Numbered from the stretch's first letter, positions 39,657 to 50,778 are shown. The stretch: DNA of 64,000 nucleotides from Terriglobia bacterium (GCA_965218585.1 CBDCLE010000019.1:32001-96000), one strand, 5' to 3'. Notes: generated by a model not told the origin, from the letters alone. A program made the numbers and translations.

Positions 39657-40558
39657 GTCGGCAAATCTTAGGGCTTTCGCCCATTCCGCTATCGCGGATT
39701 CTTTGGATCGTCCTCGGACTGAAACTGATCGCAGGGTGTTCTGGCTCGAACCAGATCGTGATCGGGTCCAAGAACTTCACCGAACAGATCATCCTGGGTG
39801 AAATGATTGCCCAGCACCTGGAGAATCAAACCGAACTCTCAGTTGAAAGAAGGTTTAACCTGGGAGGTTCGTTTGTCTGCCATCAGGGCTTGATCGCAGG
39901 ACAGCTGGACATTTATGTCGAATACACTGGGACCGCACTGGCTGCGATCCTAGAAGAGCCACTCCTGACCGATCCAGAGGCTGTGCTGACGCGAGTTCGA
40001 CAGGTTTACCGCGAGAATTTTGACGTCGAGTGGATGGAACCGCTCGGGTTTAACAACACCTTTGCGATCCTTGTCCGCGGAGAAGACGCCCGGCGGCTCG
40101 ACCTCTCGAGCATTTCCGACGTCGCTCCCTACACTTCCGAGTGGACAGCGGGCTTCGGTTTCGAATTCGCTCAGCGCGAGGATGGCTATCCCGGATTGGC
40201 CCAGATCTACGGCTTGCAGTTTCCGGAAACACCACGTGTGATGGAATTGGGCCTAACATACCAGGCTCTGGCTGACGGGCAGGTCGATTTGATCGCAGGA
40301 AACTCAACCGACGGGCTGATCGACGTACTCGACCTGGCCATGCTTGCCGACGACCTGCAATATTTTCCGCCATACGACGCGGTGCCTATCGTTCGACAGG
40401 AAACCCTGGAACAGCATCCTGAAGTCGAGGAGGCTCTCCGGTTTCTCGGTGACCTCATTTCCGAGGCTGAAATGCGACAGCTCAACTACCGTGTCGATGG
40501 CGAACGCGAAGACGTTGCCGTGGTTGTCAGCGAGTTTCTTGCCTCGAAGAGACCTTGA
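39653..40558 (+). CDS. Osmoprotectant ABC transporter substrate-binding lipoprotein
   Basis: Lipobox IAGC, GSKNFTEQ, YVEYTGT, GFNNT, FPPYD. Confidence 0.92.
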   Translation: MSRQILGLSPIPLSRILWIVLGLKLIAGCSGSNQIVIGSKNFTEQIILGEMIAQHLENQTELSVERRFNLGGSFVCHQGLIAGQLDIYVEYTGTALAAILEEPLLTDPEAVLTRVRQVYRENFDVEWMEPLGFNNTFAILVRGEDARRLDLSSISDVAPYTSEWTAGFGFEFAQREDGYPGLAQIYGLQFPETPRVMELGLTYQALADGQVDLIAGNSTDGLIDVLDLAMLADDLQYFPPYDAVPIVRQETLEQHPEVEEALRFLGDLISEAEMRQLNYRVDGEREDVAVVVSEFLASKRP

Positions 40559-40601
40559 TTCAGTATCGGCTGACGGCTGGAAAATTCAGGGTGACCTTTT
40601 A

Positions 40602-41867
40602 CTAAAACGCATTCACGACGTCCTGAACGGCGATCACAGCGAAGAAGACGAGGACCGTTATGAGCAGCACGTTCGTAATCCGACTGTTCTTCTTGATCGG
40701 CGAATCCCATGCGACCTTGTTGTTCAGGTAGAGCAGCGTCGCTGCCAGAAACGGGAAGAAGAAGCTGCCGACGACCGTGTAGGTGATCAGGAGTAAGAGA
40801 GGCCGGTTGAGAAAAGCGAAAGGAATCGGTATCAGGACTATGGCAAGGAGTGCGATCCGATAGGGTGTGCTGTTTGCTTCTTTGAGCCGATCCCGCACGT
40901 CCTGAGGATACTTACGAACGATTCCGTAAATATCGGCGAACATGTAGGGAACGCCCTGCCAGACTCCCAGTAGAGAAGACGCGACAGCCCCCCAGAAACC
41001 GATCGAATAGGCCAGGGATCCGAACGGCCCGAGAGTTGTTCCGAGCATAGCGGCCATTTGCGGGACTGCGGTAGCGCTGTCGAGTTCAACGCCGCTCGTA
41101 AAGAAAGCGCGGTTGGCCATCATGAGAACCGCTATAGCAAGCGCCGCGGTCATCGTGTATGCGATCAGAAGGTCGATTCGTACGTATCGCAACGAACCGG
41201 CGCCCGTTATCTTCTCTTCCCGCATCCAGTAGTTGTAGTTGATCACTGTAATCGTCCCGCCGACGCCGCCGATCAGTGCCAGCAGTGACGTTGTGCTGCC
41301 CGGAGGAACGGTGGGAACCACAAGGCCCCTGACGGCCCCTCCAAGATCCTGGAAGGTCAGTACCGCGCAAGCGACAATTCCGACGACCATGATGCCTATC
41401 AACGCCCGCATCAGTTTTTCAAACCCCTGGAAACCCCCTATCCACACCAACGCTCCTCCGAGAAGGCTATGGATTACGGCTCCCCACGACGTGGGAATTG
41501 CACCTCCCGTCAGATTAGAAATTCCCAATCCGCATGCATTGGCCATAGCAGCACTCACCGCGACTGTCCAGAGGAGCAGATAGGCGCCGAAATAGACCTG
41601 AACCCAACCGGGAAGATATTCAGCCCAACCTTCCAGAATCGTTTTGTCCGTTGCGAGTTGCCAGCGTGCGAGTCCTTCGTTGAGAACGAACTTGAAAAAC
41701 GCGCCCAGGACGACTGCCCAGATCAGTACGAGGCCGTATCTGGCCCCACCCACCGTCGCCGCCGTCAGATCTCCTGCGCCGATGCCCGTAGCGGCCACCA
41801 TCATGCCCGGACCGACCAGGGTCGCTAATCCGAACTTACGTCCCACACCTGTTGTCGTTGTTGACAT
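40602..41867 (-). CDS. NRAMP-like (APC superfamily) membrane transporter
   Basis: GPG..AATGIGAGD, EGLARWQLAT, about 11 TM helices. Confidence 0.8.
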   Translation of the reverse strand: MSTTTTGVGRKFGLATLVGPGMMVAATGIGAGDLTAATVGGARYGLVLIWAVVLGAFFKFVLNEGLARWQLATDKTILEGWAEYLPGWVQVYFGAYLLLWTVAVSAAMANACGLGISNLTGGAIPTSWGAVIHSLLGGALVWIGGFQGFEKLMRALIGIMVVGIVACAVLTFQDLGGAVRGLVVPTVPPGSTTSLLALIGGVGGTITVINYNYWMREEKITGAGSLRYVRIDLLIAYTMTAALAIAVLMMANRAFFTSGVELDSATAVPQMAAMLGTTLGPFGSLAYSIGFWGAVASSLLGVWQGVPYMFADIYGIVRKYPQDVRDRLKEANSTPYRIALLAIVLIPIPFAFLNRPLLLLITYTVVGSFFFPFLAATLLYLNNKVAWDSPIKKNSRITNVLLITVLVFFAVIAVQDVVNAF

Positions 41868-42235
41868 TCGATTGGATCAGAAACGGCCACTCCCGAAGAC
41901 GGGCCCGTGCTGAAAGCTTCTCATGTTCTGACTACTCCGACTCCCCGACCGCCGTCTTGGTCTTCGCCTCTGCCTCTATTTGCGCCAGGCGAGTGACGCT
42001 AGAGAACGGTTCCGCTTGCCCACAGATTGGCAGGATGAGACTGGTTGGATCGGACGGGATCCGTCTCGCCCAGCCCGGAGCGTTCATCCTTCCAATAGGT
42101 GTCCCCATAGGGATTGAATCGGAGATAATCGACGACCCGGATCAGTAAACTCGGGCCGGGGAACACAACGCGCGTATGCTAGCATGAGTGGCTTTTCCTG
42201 GACTGCGGAATCCTGGTAAGTTGTTGGATTAGACA

Positions 42236-44914
42236 GTGATGACAACGCGAATTGAAATTTCCGGAGAACCCGTACATTCCATATCGGATGCATGGTTTCT
42301 GGAAAGGCTGGACGAGTGGGCCGACAAGGACCCCACACGCTTCGCCTTTGCTGTCGATCATTCCGATCGTCTAGAGGAGTACTCGTACGAGGATGTCTCC
42401 CAACATTCTCGACGCGTAGCAGCGAGTCTTGCGGCGAAGGGGATCGGCGCCGGAGACCGGGTCGGGATACTCATGGAAAACTGTCCCCATTGGGTGTTCG
42501 CCCTCCTCGGGATTCTCCGTGTCGGAGGTGTTGGTGTACCGTTGTCGACACTCTTGCCAGCTCCGTCCGTTCGGAGGCTGGTTGACCACGCCGAATGCCG
42601 TCTTGTGTTTGCTGACGAGTCGAATCTTGACACGATCCTGGAGGCGCTCAAGGGAAGCCCGATTCCGGTTGTTGCAACCGCGACGGATCCGGCAGTCCAG
42701 AACTGGGAGTCGTTCCTCGAGAAAGGTGAGGGAACAGAGTGGACGCCTGCCCTCTCTCCTGATGGTACTGCAGTGTTGATGTACACGTCGGGAACGACTG
42801 GAGATCCTAAAGGTGTGCGGATATCCACGAAAGGTATTTCACAGGACATCTACGGCATCGTAGAGTTGCTCGAACTTTCGCCGGATCATCGCATTCTGTC
42901 CGTTCTGCCTTTTTCCCATGTCCTGCCGCTTGTGGCTAACGGGCTCGGTGCTCTGGCCGCGGGTTGTGGTGTTGTCTTTCTAACTGCGATTTCACCTCAA
43001 CGTATCGTGGATGCTTTCAAACGTTACCGAATCAGTTTTTTCGTTTGCGTGCCCCAGTTTTTCTATGCCGTTCACAAGAAGATCTTTGGTCAGGTCGCAG
43101 AACTCGGATGGGTTCAGCGAAAGCTGTTCAAGCTGCTGCTGGGTCTATCCAGAAGGGTCAACAACCCGAGACTGAGCCGCCGGTTATTTTCCAAGATCCA
43201 TCAGTCCGTTGGCCCTGACCTTGATCTTCTTGTTACAGGCGGTTCGCGTTTCGAACCTGCCGTGGCCGAGGATTTCCAGGCTCTGGGCTACACGATGGTG
43301 CAGGCGTACGGACTGACAGAAACCAGCGCAGCTGCCACGATCACACCGGTGAGTCGCAATGCAGTTGGAACCGTTGGCCTCCCTCTCAGAGGTGTCAGCG
43401 TTCGCATCGACCATCCCAACGACACAGGTGTCGGCGAGGTGTGTATTGCGGGTGCCGTTCTGATGCAGGGGTACTACCGCAATCCCGAAGCTACGGATGA
43501 AGCTGTGAAGAACGGGTGGTTGCACACGGGTGACCTCGGAAAGTTGGACAAAGAGGGCAACCTGACTCTTACTGGGCGAAGCAAGGACGTGATCGTTCTC
43601 TCAAACGGAAAGAACATCTATCCGGAAGAGGTCGAGGAGCACCTCGAAAAATGCCCCTACATCAAGGAAATGTGCGTGATGGGAATGCCCGACACCTCGG
43701 GACCCGGAGACACGCTTCACGCTGTCGTGGTTCCTGATCTGGATGAATTCCGCAGGCTCAACCAGACTTCGATTGCCGAAATGATCCGTTACGAGTTGGA
43801 AAATCGTTCGAAAGAGTTGGCGTCTTTCATGCGAGTCCATTCCATGACGGTTCGGAACGAACCCCTTCCACGCACCTTGACGCGGAAGCTCAAGAGGTTC
43901 GAGATCTACGAAGAGGAGACCGCGCAGTCCCGGTCCGAGAGAACCCCTGAGGGAGGCGTCACTGACCACGAACAGTTAGCCGAAGGCATCGGAAAGGCCG
44001 TGGCCGAAGCTATCCATGACGCGAAACAAGATGTCGGGGCCCTGGAACCTGATATGAACTTCGATCTCGACCTGGGATTCGACTCCCTGGGCCGGGTCGA
44101 ACTTTTAGCCGAGATCGAGGCCGAGCTAGGCGTCGAGATTCCGGAAGATAGGTTGAACCAAATCCTCACGATTGGAGAGCTTGTACAGGCTCTCGAAGAT
44201 GCTGGACGGATCGATGGCGATGGCCCGAGGGGTTGGAAAGGGAAGCTTACCGGCGATGGAGACGAGGAGCTTGCGCGCCAGTACATAAAGCAATCGCGCG
44301 CGAGTCTTACGTTCTTCGGTTTCCCGACGATCCGGTTGCTTGGGATGATCGCCAAAATCCCGTTCCGTACGAAGACAAGGGGACTGGAAAAACTTCCCGC
44401 TACTGGACCCTACCTTATTTGTCCAAACCACGTGTCCTACCTCGACCCGTTCCTGCTGTGCTCGGTCCTTCCATTCCGTGTGATTCGGGACATATTCATC
44501 CTGGGATATACCGATTATTTCGAAGGACCAATCAGCAGCAGACTGGGAAGTAGTGTCAACATCGTACCCGTCGACCCAAACGCCAATCTCACACGCGCCA
44601 TGCGAATTGCAGCCGTTGGCCTTCGGAAGAATAGAATCCTGCTGGTGTTTCCTGAGGGTGAGCGTAGCATCGACGGTAATTTGGCGGAGTTCAAAAAGGG
44701 CGCGTCGATTCTTTCTGTGGAATTGAGCGTACCGATCGTTCCTGTGGGAATAAGCGGGACGTTTGAAGCCTGGCCACGGGGTGGCGAACTTCACGCGCAT
44801 CCCGTCGAGATCAGGATCGGAGATCCAATTTATCCAGACGGAAGCGAGCCGGGTGACCGGTACGAGGTGCTCAACGACACACTAAAAGACGCGATTGGCC
44901 GGCTTCTGAAATAG
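42236..44914 (+). CDS. Long-chain acyl-CoA/ACP synthetase fused to an acyl carrier domain and a PlsC-type acyltransferase
   Basis: YTSGTTGDPKG, YGLTE, TGDLG; ACP motif DLGFDSL; PlsC motifs NHVSYLD and FPEGERS. Confidence 0.9.
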   Translation: MMTTRIEISGEPVHSISDAWFLERLDEWADKDPTRFAFAVDHSDRLEEYSYEDVSQHSRRVAASLAAKGIGAGDRVGILMENCPHWVFALLGILRVGGVGVPLSTLLPAPSVRRLVDHAECRLVFADESNLDTILEALKGSPIPVVATATDPAVQNWESFLEKGEGTEWTPALSPDGTAVLMYTSGTTGDPKGVRISTKGISQDIYGIVELLELSPDHRILSVLPFSHVLPLVANGLGALAAGCGVVFLTAISPQRIVDAFKRYRISFFVCVPQFFYAVHKKIFGQVAELGWVQRKLFKLLLGLSRRVNNPRLSRRLFSKIHQSVGPDLDLLVTGGSRFEPAVAEDFQALGYTMVQAYGLTETSAAATITPVSRNAVGTVGLPLRGVSVRIDHPNDTGVGEVCIAGAVLMQGYYRNPEATDEAVKNGWLHTGDLGKLDKEGNLTLTGRSKDVIVLSNGKNIYPEEVEEHLEKCPYIKEMCVMGMPDTSGPGDTLHAVVVPDLDEFRRLNQTSIAEMIRYELENRSKELASFMRVHSMTVRNEPLPRTLTRKLKRFEIYEEETAQSRSERTPEGGVTDHEQLAEGIGKAVAEAIHDAKQDVGALEPDMNFDLDLGFDSLGRVELLAEIEAELGVEIPEDRLNQILTIGELVQALEDAGRIDGDGPRGWKGKLTGDGDEELARQYIKQSRASLTFFGFPTIRLLGMIAKIPFRTKTRGLEKLPATGPYLICPNHVSYLDPFLLCSVLPFRVIRDIFILGYTDYFEGPISSRLGSSVNIVPVDPNANLTRAMRIAAVGLRKNRILLVFPEGERSIDGNLAEFKKGASILSVELSVPIVPVGISGTFEAWPRGGELHAHPVEIRIGDPIYPDGSEPGDRYEVLNDTLKDAIGRLLK

Positions 44915-44978
44915 GGATGGTGTTTTGACGATTGAGGTGCCGGGCGCAGGAATCGAGGGAAGGTTGTTTCCTGCAGAG

Positions 44979-47132
44979 CTATGTAACCCTGGAGATCGCT
45001 CGCATGGCGTTAAGAAGCTTCCAACTTTCATCAGCGGCGTTCAGGTCTGGAGAAGCGGGGTCGTACAGGGCTCGTGTAGCCAGTCCGCTGATTCCACGAA
45101 ACGTATTCGGCACCGGTAGGCCTTGCGATTCGAGTTTCGTGATGTAATCCACAGGGCTCTCATGCACTTGCCTTACGGGATATCCTCTAAGCTTCATAAG
45201 ATTCAAGGCCTTCAGATAATCTCGCACCACCTTGCCACGTGAAGGTCCGGCAAGCGATCCATATCCCCCAACGCGTCCCTTGGGCGGTCGTCTTCGCCGG
45301 AGTTTTACAAAGAACGCCCACAGCGCTGCAAACACGACGGAAGCCGAGAGGATGGCCATGAATACCGGCAGCTCGTTAAAGGTGGTTACTGCTGCGACAG
45401 TCCCAATCGCAACGCCAGGCATTCCGAACAACCAACTTGCGAATTGAGTGCGCATGACGTCCTGGGCCGTCCGGGTAGCACCTATAGAACCGGCGTCCAG
45501 AGCCCATGGTGAATCAGGACGGGGAGTAGGAGCGAAAGCGACCCACCCATGCTCGATGAACTTTATTTCCACCCACGCGTGGGCATCTTGAAATCTTACA
45601 GTGTGAGCGCCAGTCAGACTACTGTAGACGCCCGGGACGTAACCTGTTGCCACACGAGCGGGCAATCCCACCAATCTTGCCATCACCGCCATCGCGGTTG
45701 CGAACTGAGCGCAATAGCCAGCCTGTCGCCCGAAAAGAAAGTCGTCAACTACATCGCCGAACGGCGAGAGTGGGGGAACACTCAGGTCATATCGAAAGTT
45801 GATGAGAAGGTACTGCTCAAGACGAGCCGCCTTTTGGAAATCCGATGTGGATTCTGCAACGATGTCGTTGGCGAGGTTCTCAACCCGCTGAGGAACAACA
45901 AGCGGTTCCTGCCTCTCCAGGTAGCCAAAGTCGACGGAATCAAGAATCAACTGGTCCGGCGTTAGATCGGGAACGGCGGAAGTTACGCTGTAGCTATTGG
46001 CTGCGCGTAATCGCTCGAAGTTCCGAGGGAGGCTGGATGAGAAACCTACGGTTCCGGTTGCGTCCAAGATGGCGACATATCCGGGGCTGTATCCCGTGAA
46101 GATGGCGTTCGGTTGTATCACTTGAGGGGAGAAGGTTTGTACGTAGCGTCCGAATCCCAGTCCTCTTAGTGAGGCATCGCTAAACCTCAGTCGTCCAAAT
46201 CGGTCCACCTCGATTTGCGACATCGTGTCGACGCTCCTCCAGCCTCTTCCGTCGTATTCTTCGAGGACTTGGCCACGCCAGAAACTAGCCAGGGGACTCC
46301 GAACGTACATCACGATGTCGTCTTCGCGTTCACCGGTGTACCCCAATGTGGCGTAACCGGAGGAAGGACTCATGCCAACTGTCCCCATGGCGCCAGCGTT
46401 ATTTGCCAAGTCTGAAGGCAGGAATCCGCTGGACTCGACTGTGTCGCCCGCAGCCAATGGAGCCGGTGTTGTGGGTCGGCCCACGGTCAGGTCCAGGCGA
46501 CTGGGGAGTGGAGAGGCGTCCTGGAGTAAGTAGGATTGAGGAACAACAAGAAAGACCCCGATGCTCACTATCAGCGTAATCGGGATGAGTCCTGTAATGG
46601 CGATTGCTAGACCTTCCATCCGGATCGAGCTCAGACGCTCAATCTGAATTGATTCGTTGGTGGAGTTTGCTGCAACAAAAAAGATCAGTGCGACAAGGCT
46701 AAACGCGAATATGAACACGAGAAACAAGGGTGTTAAGGCTGCCTCACTTGCCAGCAGAAGCACTGCCATGCTCAGAAGAAAAGAATCGTAAAGGCTGCGT
46801 AACGTGCGTAAGGTAAAGCTCGTCATCACTTGGAAGACGGCGAGTAGTTTTGCCATCAAGAAGAGCGAGCCACCTGTGACGATAATTATGAACTCGGCCC
46901 ACGTTGCCGAGATCAGCAAGAGCGCAATTGCGAAAATAGCCAGATCGAGCCGGAACTTTTTAGGTCGGACGGAAACGAGGTGTCCCACTCCTACAACAAG
47001 TATGAAGAGGATGTAGAGGGGGTTGCCCCCGGATGCCCATGAGACTGCGCCCAGTGCCAGAGCCGTTCCAGCGAAAGTAAGAATGTGTAGAAGAAATCTG
47101 GCTTGCCCCTCGAGAGTTCGTTCACCCTGCAC
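44979..47132 (-). CDS. TgpA-like membrane transglutaminase-domain protein
   Basis: N-terminal TM helices, FWRG, GYCAQFATAM, ARVATGY, AHAWVE. The usual FDPT reads FAPT. Confidence 0.82.
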   Translation of the reverse strand: MQGERTLEGQARFLLHILTFAGTALALGAVSWASGGNPLYILFILVVGVGHLVSVRPKKFRLDLAIFAIALLLISATWAEFIIIVTGGSLFLMAKLLAVFQVMTSFTLRTLRSLYDSFLLSMAVLLLASEAALTPLFLVFIFAFSLVALIFFVAANSTNESIQIERLSSIRMEGLAIAITGLIPITLIVSIGVFLVVPQSYLLQDASPLPSRLDLTVGRPTTPAPLAAGDTVESSGFLPSDLANNAGAMGTVGMSPSSGYATLGYTGEREDDIVMYVRSPLASFWRGQVLEEYDGRGWRSVDTMSQIEVDRFGRLRFSDASLRGLGFGRYVQTFSPQVIQPNAIFTGYSPGYVAILDATGTVGFSSSLPRNFERLRAANSYSVTSAVPDLTPDQLILDSVDFGYLERQEPLVVPQRVENLANDIVAESTSDFQKAARLEQYLLINFRYDLSVPPLSPFGDVVDDFLFGRQAGYCAQFATAMAVMARLVGLPARVATGYVPGVYSSLTGAHTVRFQDAHAWVEIKFIEHGWVAFAPTPRPDSPWALDAGSIGATRTAQDVMRTQFASWLFGMPGVAIGTVAAVTTFNELPVFMAILSASVVFAALWAFFVKLRRRRPPKGRVGGYGSLAGPSRGKVVRDYLKALNLMKLRGYPVRQVHESPVDYITKLESQGLPVPNTFRGISGLATRALYDPASPDLNAADESWKLLNAMRAISRVT

Positions 47133-47873
47133 AGGACTACTGTCAGACCATGATTCGAGAGTTCGTGGCGAGCTTGCATGTCTTCTCGCGAATCAAACCC
47201 TTCCATCATAACGACTACGATGTCCTGAGGATACTGAACCCCCAAAAGCTGCTGTAAGGCGGCTTGGTCGGCAGCGGAAATGGCCATAATTGAGATCCCT
47301 TTCGGATCCCTATAACTGAGCAACTCGCTTACCGATGGTTGCGGCTCGGCCTGTATGCGCGCCAGATGTTCGAGTACGTTATGCCAGTTTGTGAGGTCCG
47401 TCTTTGTGCCGCCCGGCCACATTCGAAACGGTCGTCCATCGTTGAAGGCGTAACGGGCAAGGCTCGCTGCAATTTTTATCGCGTATTCCAGTGTCGTCTC
47501 CCGGCCCGTTCCGAGGTTTACTCCCGGATTGAACGCCATTCTCAGTTCTACCCGAGGCGTCTGGTCAAACTGTTTCACCATGAGTCGTCCACTTCTTGCG
47601 GAGTTCTTCCAATGGATGTGTCGGAGATCGTCTGATTGTTGAAATTCCCGGGAGCTTCTCACCTCCCCGGCGTAAGTTGGCCGACTAAACCTTGGCGAAT
47701 CACCCTGAAGAGCACCTTGGTTGACGGCGATATCTAGGGGCAACACCTTCGGATACACAGTCACTTCCATTGGGGCGGCGAGAGAGCGGACTGCCTGAAA
47801 GAATCCAAACGGGGCTGAGCTCTGCACGCGAAGCGGGGGGAACGAGTACACGCCCCGGCGGTAACAGGTTCGC
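47133..47873 (-). pseudogene. DUF58 family protein, 5' part removed at the IS21 junction
   Basis: RRG, PFG, VYP, REFQQSDDLRHIHWKNSAR..LMVKQF. Confidence 0.8.
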
Positions 47874-48072
47874 TTTGACAACGTAAAAAGAGCCCACCCC
47901 GATCGAGTAAAAAGGACCCACCCCCCGGGTTAATGGTTTGTAAGTAAATCCGCCGTCGGGGTTGCGGGAAGTGTGGAAGCCGAAAGCTTCCAAGCCGCGG
48001 TGGTAACGCGCCGGCTTTGCAGCGGGTTTCCACGGTGGCGGCACTTTCCACAGCCGCTCGCTCGCGTGTGTT

Positions 48073-48864
48073 TCACGCGGAGCCTTCGGCGGACCGGGGT
48101 TTCTTCTTCCGCTTGTTGGCGGCACCGAGACTCTCGGTGAACCGGATGCTTTCCCAATCGAACTGATGAATCGCGCAGTGATGGGTCAATCGGTCCAACA
48201 GGGCCGCGGTCAGGGCGGCATCGCCGAACACGCTGGTCCACTGCGCAAACGGCAGGTTCGACGTCACGATGAGGGAACCCTTTTCGTACCGGTCCGAGAA
48301 GACCTGAAACAGCAACTGGGCACCCTCGGCCGAGAACGGGATATAGCCGACCTCGTCGACGATGAGCAGCTCGAAGCGGGACAACTTCGCCAGTTGCTGC
48401 TTCAACTGTCGCTCCTCACGGGACTCGATCAGCGAATTGACCCGCCCCGCGGCCGTGGTGAACCCGACGCGGTAGCCCCTCCGGCAGGCTTCCACGCCCC
48501 ACACCGTCGCGGCGTGAGTCTTGCCGGTGCCGTGCTTGCCCAACAACACAACGTTCTCGCACCGGGTGATGGTGTCGCACTCGGCATAGTCGCGCACCTG
48601 GACCGCATCCAGTGCCGGCCACTTGTTCAGGTCGGTCGTTTCCAGGGTTTTCAACCGTGGGAACCGGGCCGTGCGCAACCGGCGCTGGATCTGATTGGCT
48701 TGCCGCTGTTCCAACTCACGACTGGCCAGAGCCAGCAGAAAGCCGGGGTACCCCTCGCCGGCTTCCTTGGCCTGCCGGCCGTATTCCCGCCAGGCACGGA
48801 CCATGGCCGGCAACCGGAGCTGCCGCAATGCGTCGTCCAGGACCACCTCCTGACCCGGAGTCAT
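48073..48864 (-). CDS. istB: IS21 helper ATPase
   Basis: [32 protein letters not shown]. Confidence 0.92.
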   Translation of the reverse strand: MTPGQEVVLDDALRQLRLPAMVRAWREYGRQAKEAGEGYPGFLLALASRELEQRQANQIQRRLRTARFPRLKTLETTDLNKWPALDAVQVRDYAECDTITRCENVVLLGKHGTGKTHAATVWGVEACRRGYRVGFTTAAGRVNSLIESREERQLKQQLAKLSRFELLIVDEVGYIPFSAEGAQLLFQVFSDRYEKGSLIVTSNLPFAQWTSVFGDAALTAALLDRLTHHCAIHQFDWESIRFTESLGAANKRKKKPRSAEGSA

Positions 48865-50390
48865 CGCACACCTCCAGCCAACAGGTCGTATCGATTCAGA
48901 TCGGTTCCGGCAATCGCCCGGTCCGTGATCCCGGGCATCAGTCCGGACTCAAGCGGGGCATGGGATCGGGCGGGCGCGTCCTCCCGCATCAGAATGTGCC
49001 GCACCGCTTCCAGTTCGGCGCAGTGGGCATCGAGCGCATCCTGGACGGCGGCCGACACCCGGCCCAGATCCCAGTCCTGGTGGAGTTGCAGGATGCTGAT
49101 GAACTCCCGGGTGCCCCGGCTGTACCCATGCCGGTCCCGCAACCGCTCCAGCACCGTCTCGTAATGGGCCGGCCACTGGGGCCGCCACTGCCGGATCGGG
49201 CGGGCACTCTCAAACGAGGCCACCTTCCGCCGGATCAACTCCAGGTAGTGCAACGGATCGGTCCGCCAGTCGCTATGACCGAAGGCGCGGGCATGTTCGG
49301 CCACCTTCTTCTGGTCCGCGTAAAAGCTCACCCGGTCACAGCCGATATGGGCCCAGAGCCGGCGTCCCACATACGCGGTCGGCACCGAGTAGCGGTTCGA
49401 ATCCACCTGGGCGGCCTGGTACCGGCTGATCCGCACGCCCACCACCTTCGTGTTTTCGAATGGCGTCTCGGGCAGCGCCAACAGGCGCTCTTTCTCGACC
49501 GCGTGCCGTTCCCCGATCGTGCGGGCGTCGGCCCGGCCGCCGATCCGGCGCTGCTCGTCGGTCGCGCAGCGTTCCAGCAGCTGCGCGTTCAGTTCCTCGA
49601 AGTCGGCCACCTCGGGAATCGGCACCAGGAAATTCCGGCGTGCGAAACCGATCAGGCCCTCGACACCACCTTTCTCCTGGCCCCGGGCCGGATTACAGAA
49701 CCGCGCTTCAAAGGTGTAGTGGGCTCGTAACGCCGTGAACCGGTCCTGCTCGATCCGGGCCTTCCCCCTCAGAATCCGCCTCACAGCTGTCTTCAGGTTA
49801 TCGAAGACCACGGCCGGGAATACGCCGCCGTACCAGCCGAACGCCCGGATGTGACCGTCCAGGAACATCGCCTGCCGTTCCCGCGGATACGCCCGCACGA
49901 ACGACTTGCCCGAGTACCGGCTCCGCATGCAGAACAGTTTGACCTGAACGTCTTCACCCTTCATCCGGACCCAGCCCGTCCCCCAGTCCACTTCCGCTTC
50001 CCGCGCCTGTTCCGGATCCAGCGGCACCACCGCCCCCGGCCGGTGCCAGCCCAAACGCATCTTCCGCTCCCGGACCCATCGCCGCACCGTCGGCTCGGCT
50101 CCGGTGAACCCATGTTCATCGACCAGGCGCCGCCATACCCGGTGCGCCGTGTGCCGCTGCTTGACCGGCTGCTCCCGATCGGCCCGCAGCCAGCCCTCCA
50201 CGATCCCGGCCACCGGGTCCATCACCGGACAGGCCGGCTCCTTCTCCCGCCGATACTTCGGCTCCTGGCCGGCCAATACTTTCCGGACCGTCCGTCTCGT
50301 GTGCCCGGTCTCCCGGGCGATCTGTCGAATGCTTTTCTTGTAAACTCGATGTGCGGTCCTGACCATCTCGTACTGATCCATCCCTAACAA
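48861..50390 (-). CDS. istA: IS21 transposase
   Basis: HTH SIRQIARETG, EVDWG, FDNLKTAV, EKGGVE, NRYSVP. Confidence 0.92.
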   Translation of the reverse strand: MLGMDQYEMVRTAHRVYKKSIRQIARETGHTRRTVRKVLAGQEPKYRREKEPACPVMDPVAGIVEGWLRADREQPVKQRHTAHRVWRRLVDEHGFTGAEPTVRRWVRERKMRLGWHRPGAVVPLDPEQAREAEVDWGTGWVRMKGEDVQVKLFCMRSRYSGKSFVRAYPRERQAMFLDGHIRAFGWYGGVFPAVVFDNLKTAVRRILRGKARIEQDRFTALRAHYTFEARFCNPARGQEKGGVEGLIGFARRNFLVPIPEVADFEELNAQLLERCATDEQRRIGGRADARTIGERHAVEKERLLALPETPFENTKVVGVRISRYQAAQVDSNRYSVPTAYVGRRLWAHIGCDRVSFYADQKKVAEHARAFGHSDWRTDPLHYLELIRRKVASFESARPIRQWRPQWPAHYETVLERLRDRHGYSRGTREFISILQLHQDWDLGRVSAAVQDALDAHCAELEAVRHILMREDAPARSHAPLESGLMPGITDRAIAGTDLNRYDLLAGGVR

Positions 50391-50473
50391 CTCCTTATCC
50401 TCCCTCCGCCATGCCGGTTCATCCAGGCACTCGCCGGGGGAGGCTATCAGGGTGAGTCCTTTTTACGTTATCG

Positions 50474-50727
50474 AAATCAGGGGAGAACACCGGATTCTCG
50501 AAAATCGCGCGCTCCCCGACTGTGGTCACGAAATTTCCTTGGCGGTCGAATACGGTGAGTACTCGAGCGTTGGCCTCAAACTGTTGCGCATTCCGTATGG
50601 CATTGGCCTCGTCGTCGGCGTTGGCTGGGGTCGGCACCTGGGCCATGGCGGGCACAGGAGCCATGAGCAGGGCAGCAGACAGAGCAGCCCCCGTGATCAC
50701 GATCGCAACCTGGTCAGCATTCCTCAT
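50474..50727 (-). pseudogene. N-terminal fragment of a secreted protein cut by IS21
   Basis: Signal peptide, VFDRQG and PVFSPD (TolB/WD-like repeat), then IS end. Confidence 0.6.
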
Positions 50728-50778
50728 GAGGAACCCTCCTTGCGGGGGTCGGCACCCGCCACACTCTTTACTCAGATT

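Larger units (their letters stand above)
47874..50473 (-). mobile_element. IS21 family element (copy 1, ends approximate)
   Basis: istA-istB pair. Terminal IR GA(C/T)AACGTAAAAAG..CACCC with an internal repeat. No TSD seen. Confidence 0.85.

Noticed and set aside
42236-44914. NRPS/PKS interpretation of the adenylation-carrier fusion
   Set aside because: No condensation or ketosynthase domain; the PlsC domain points to lipid acylation, a known architecture
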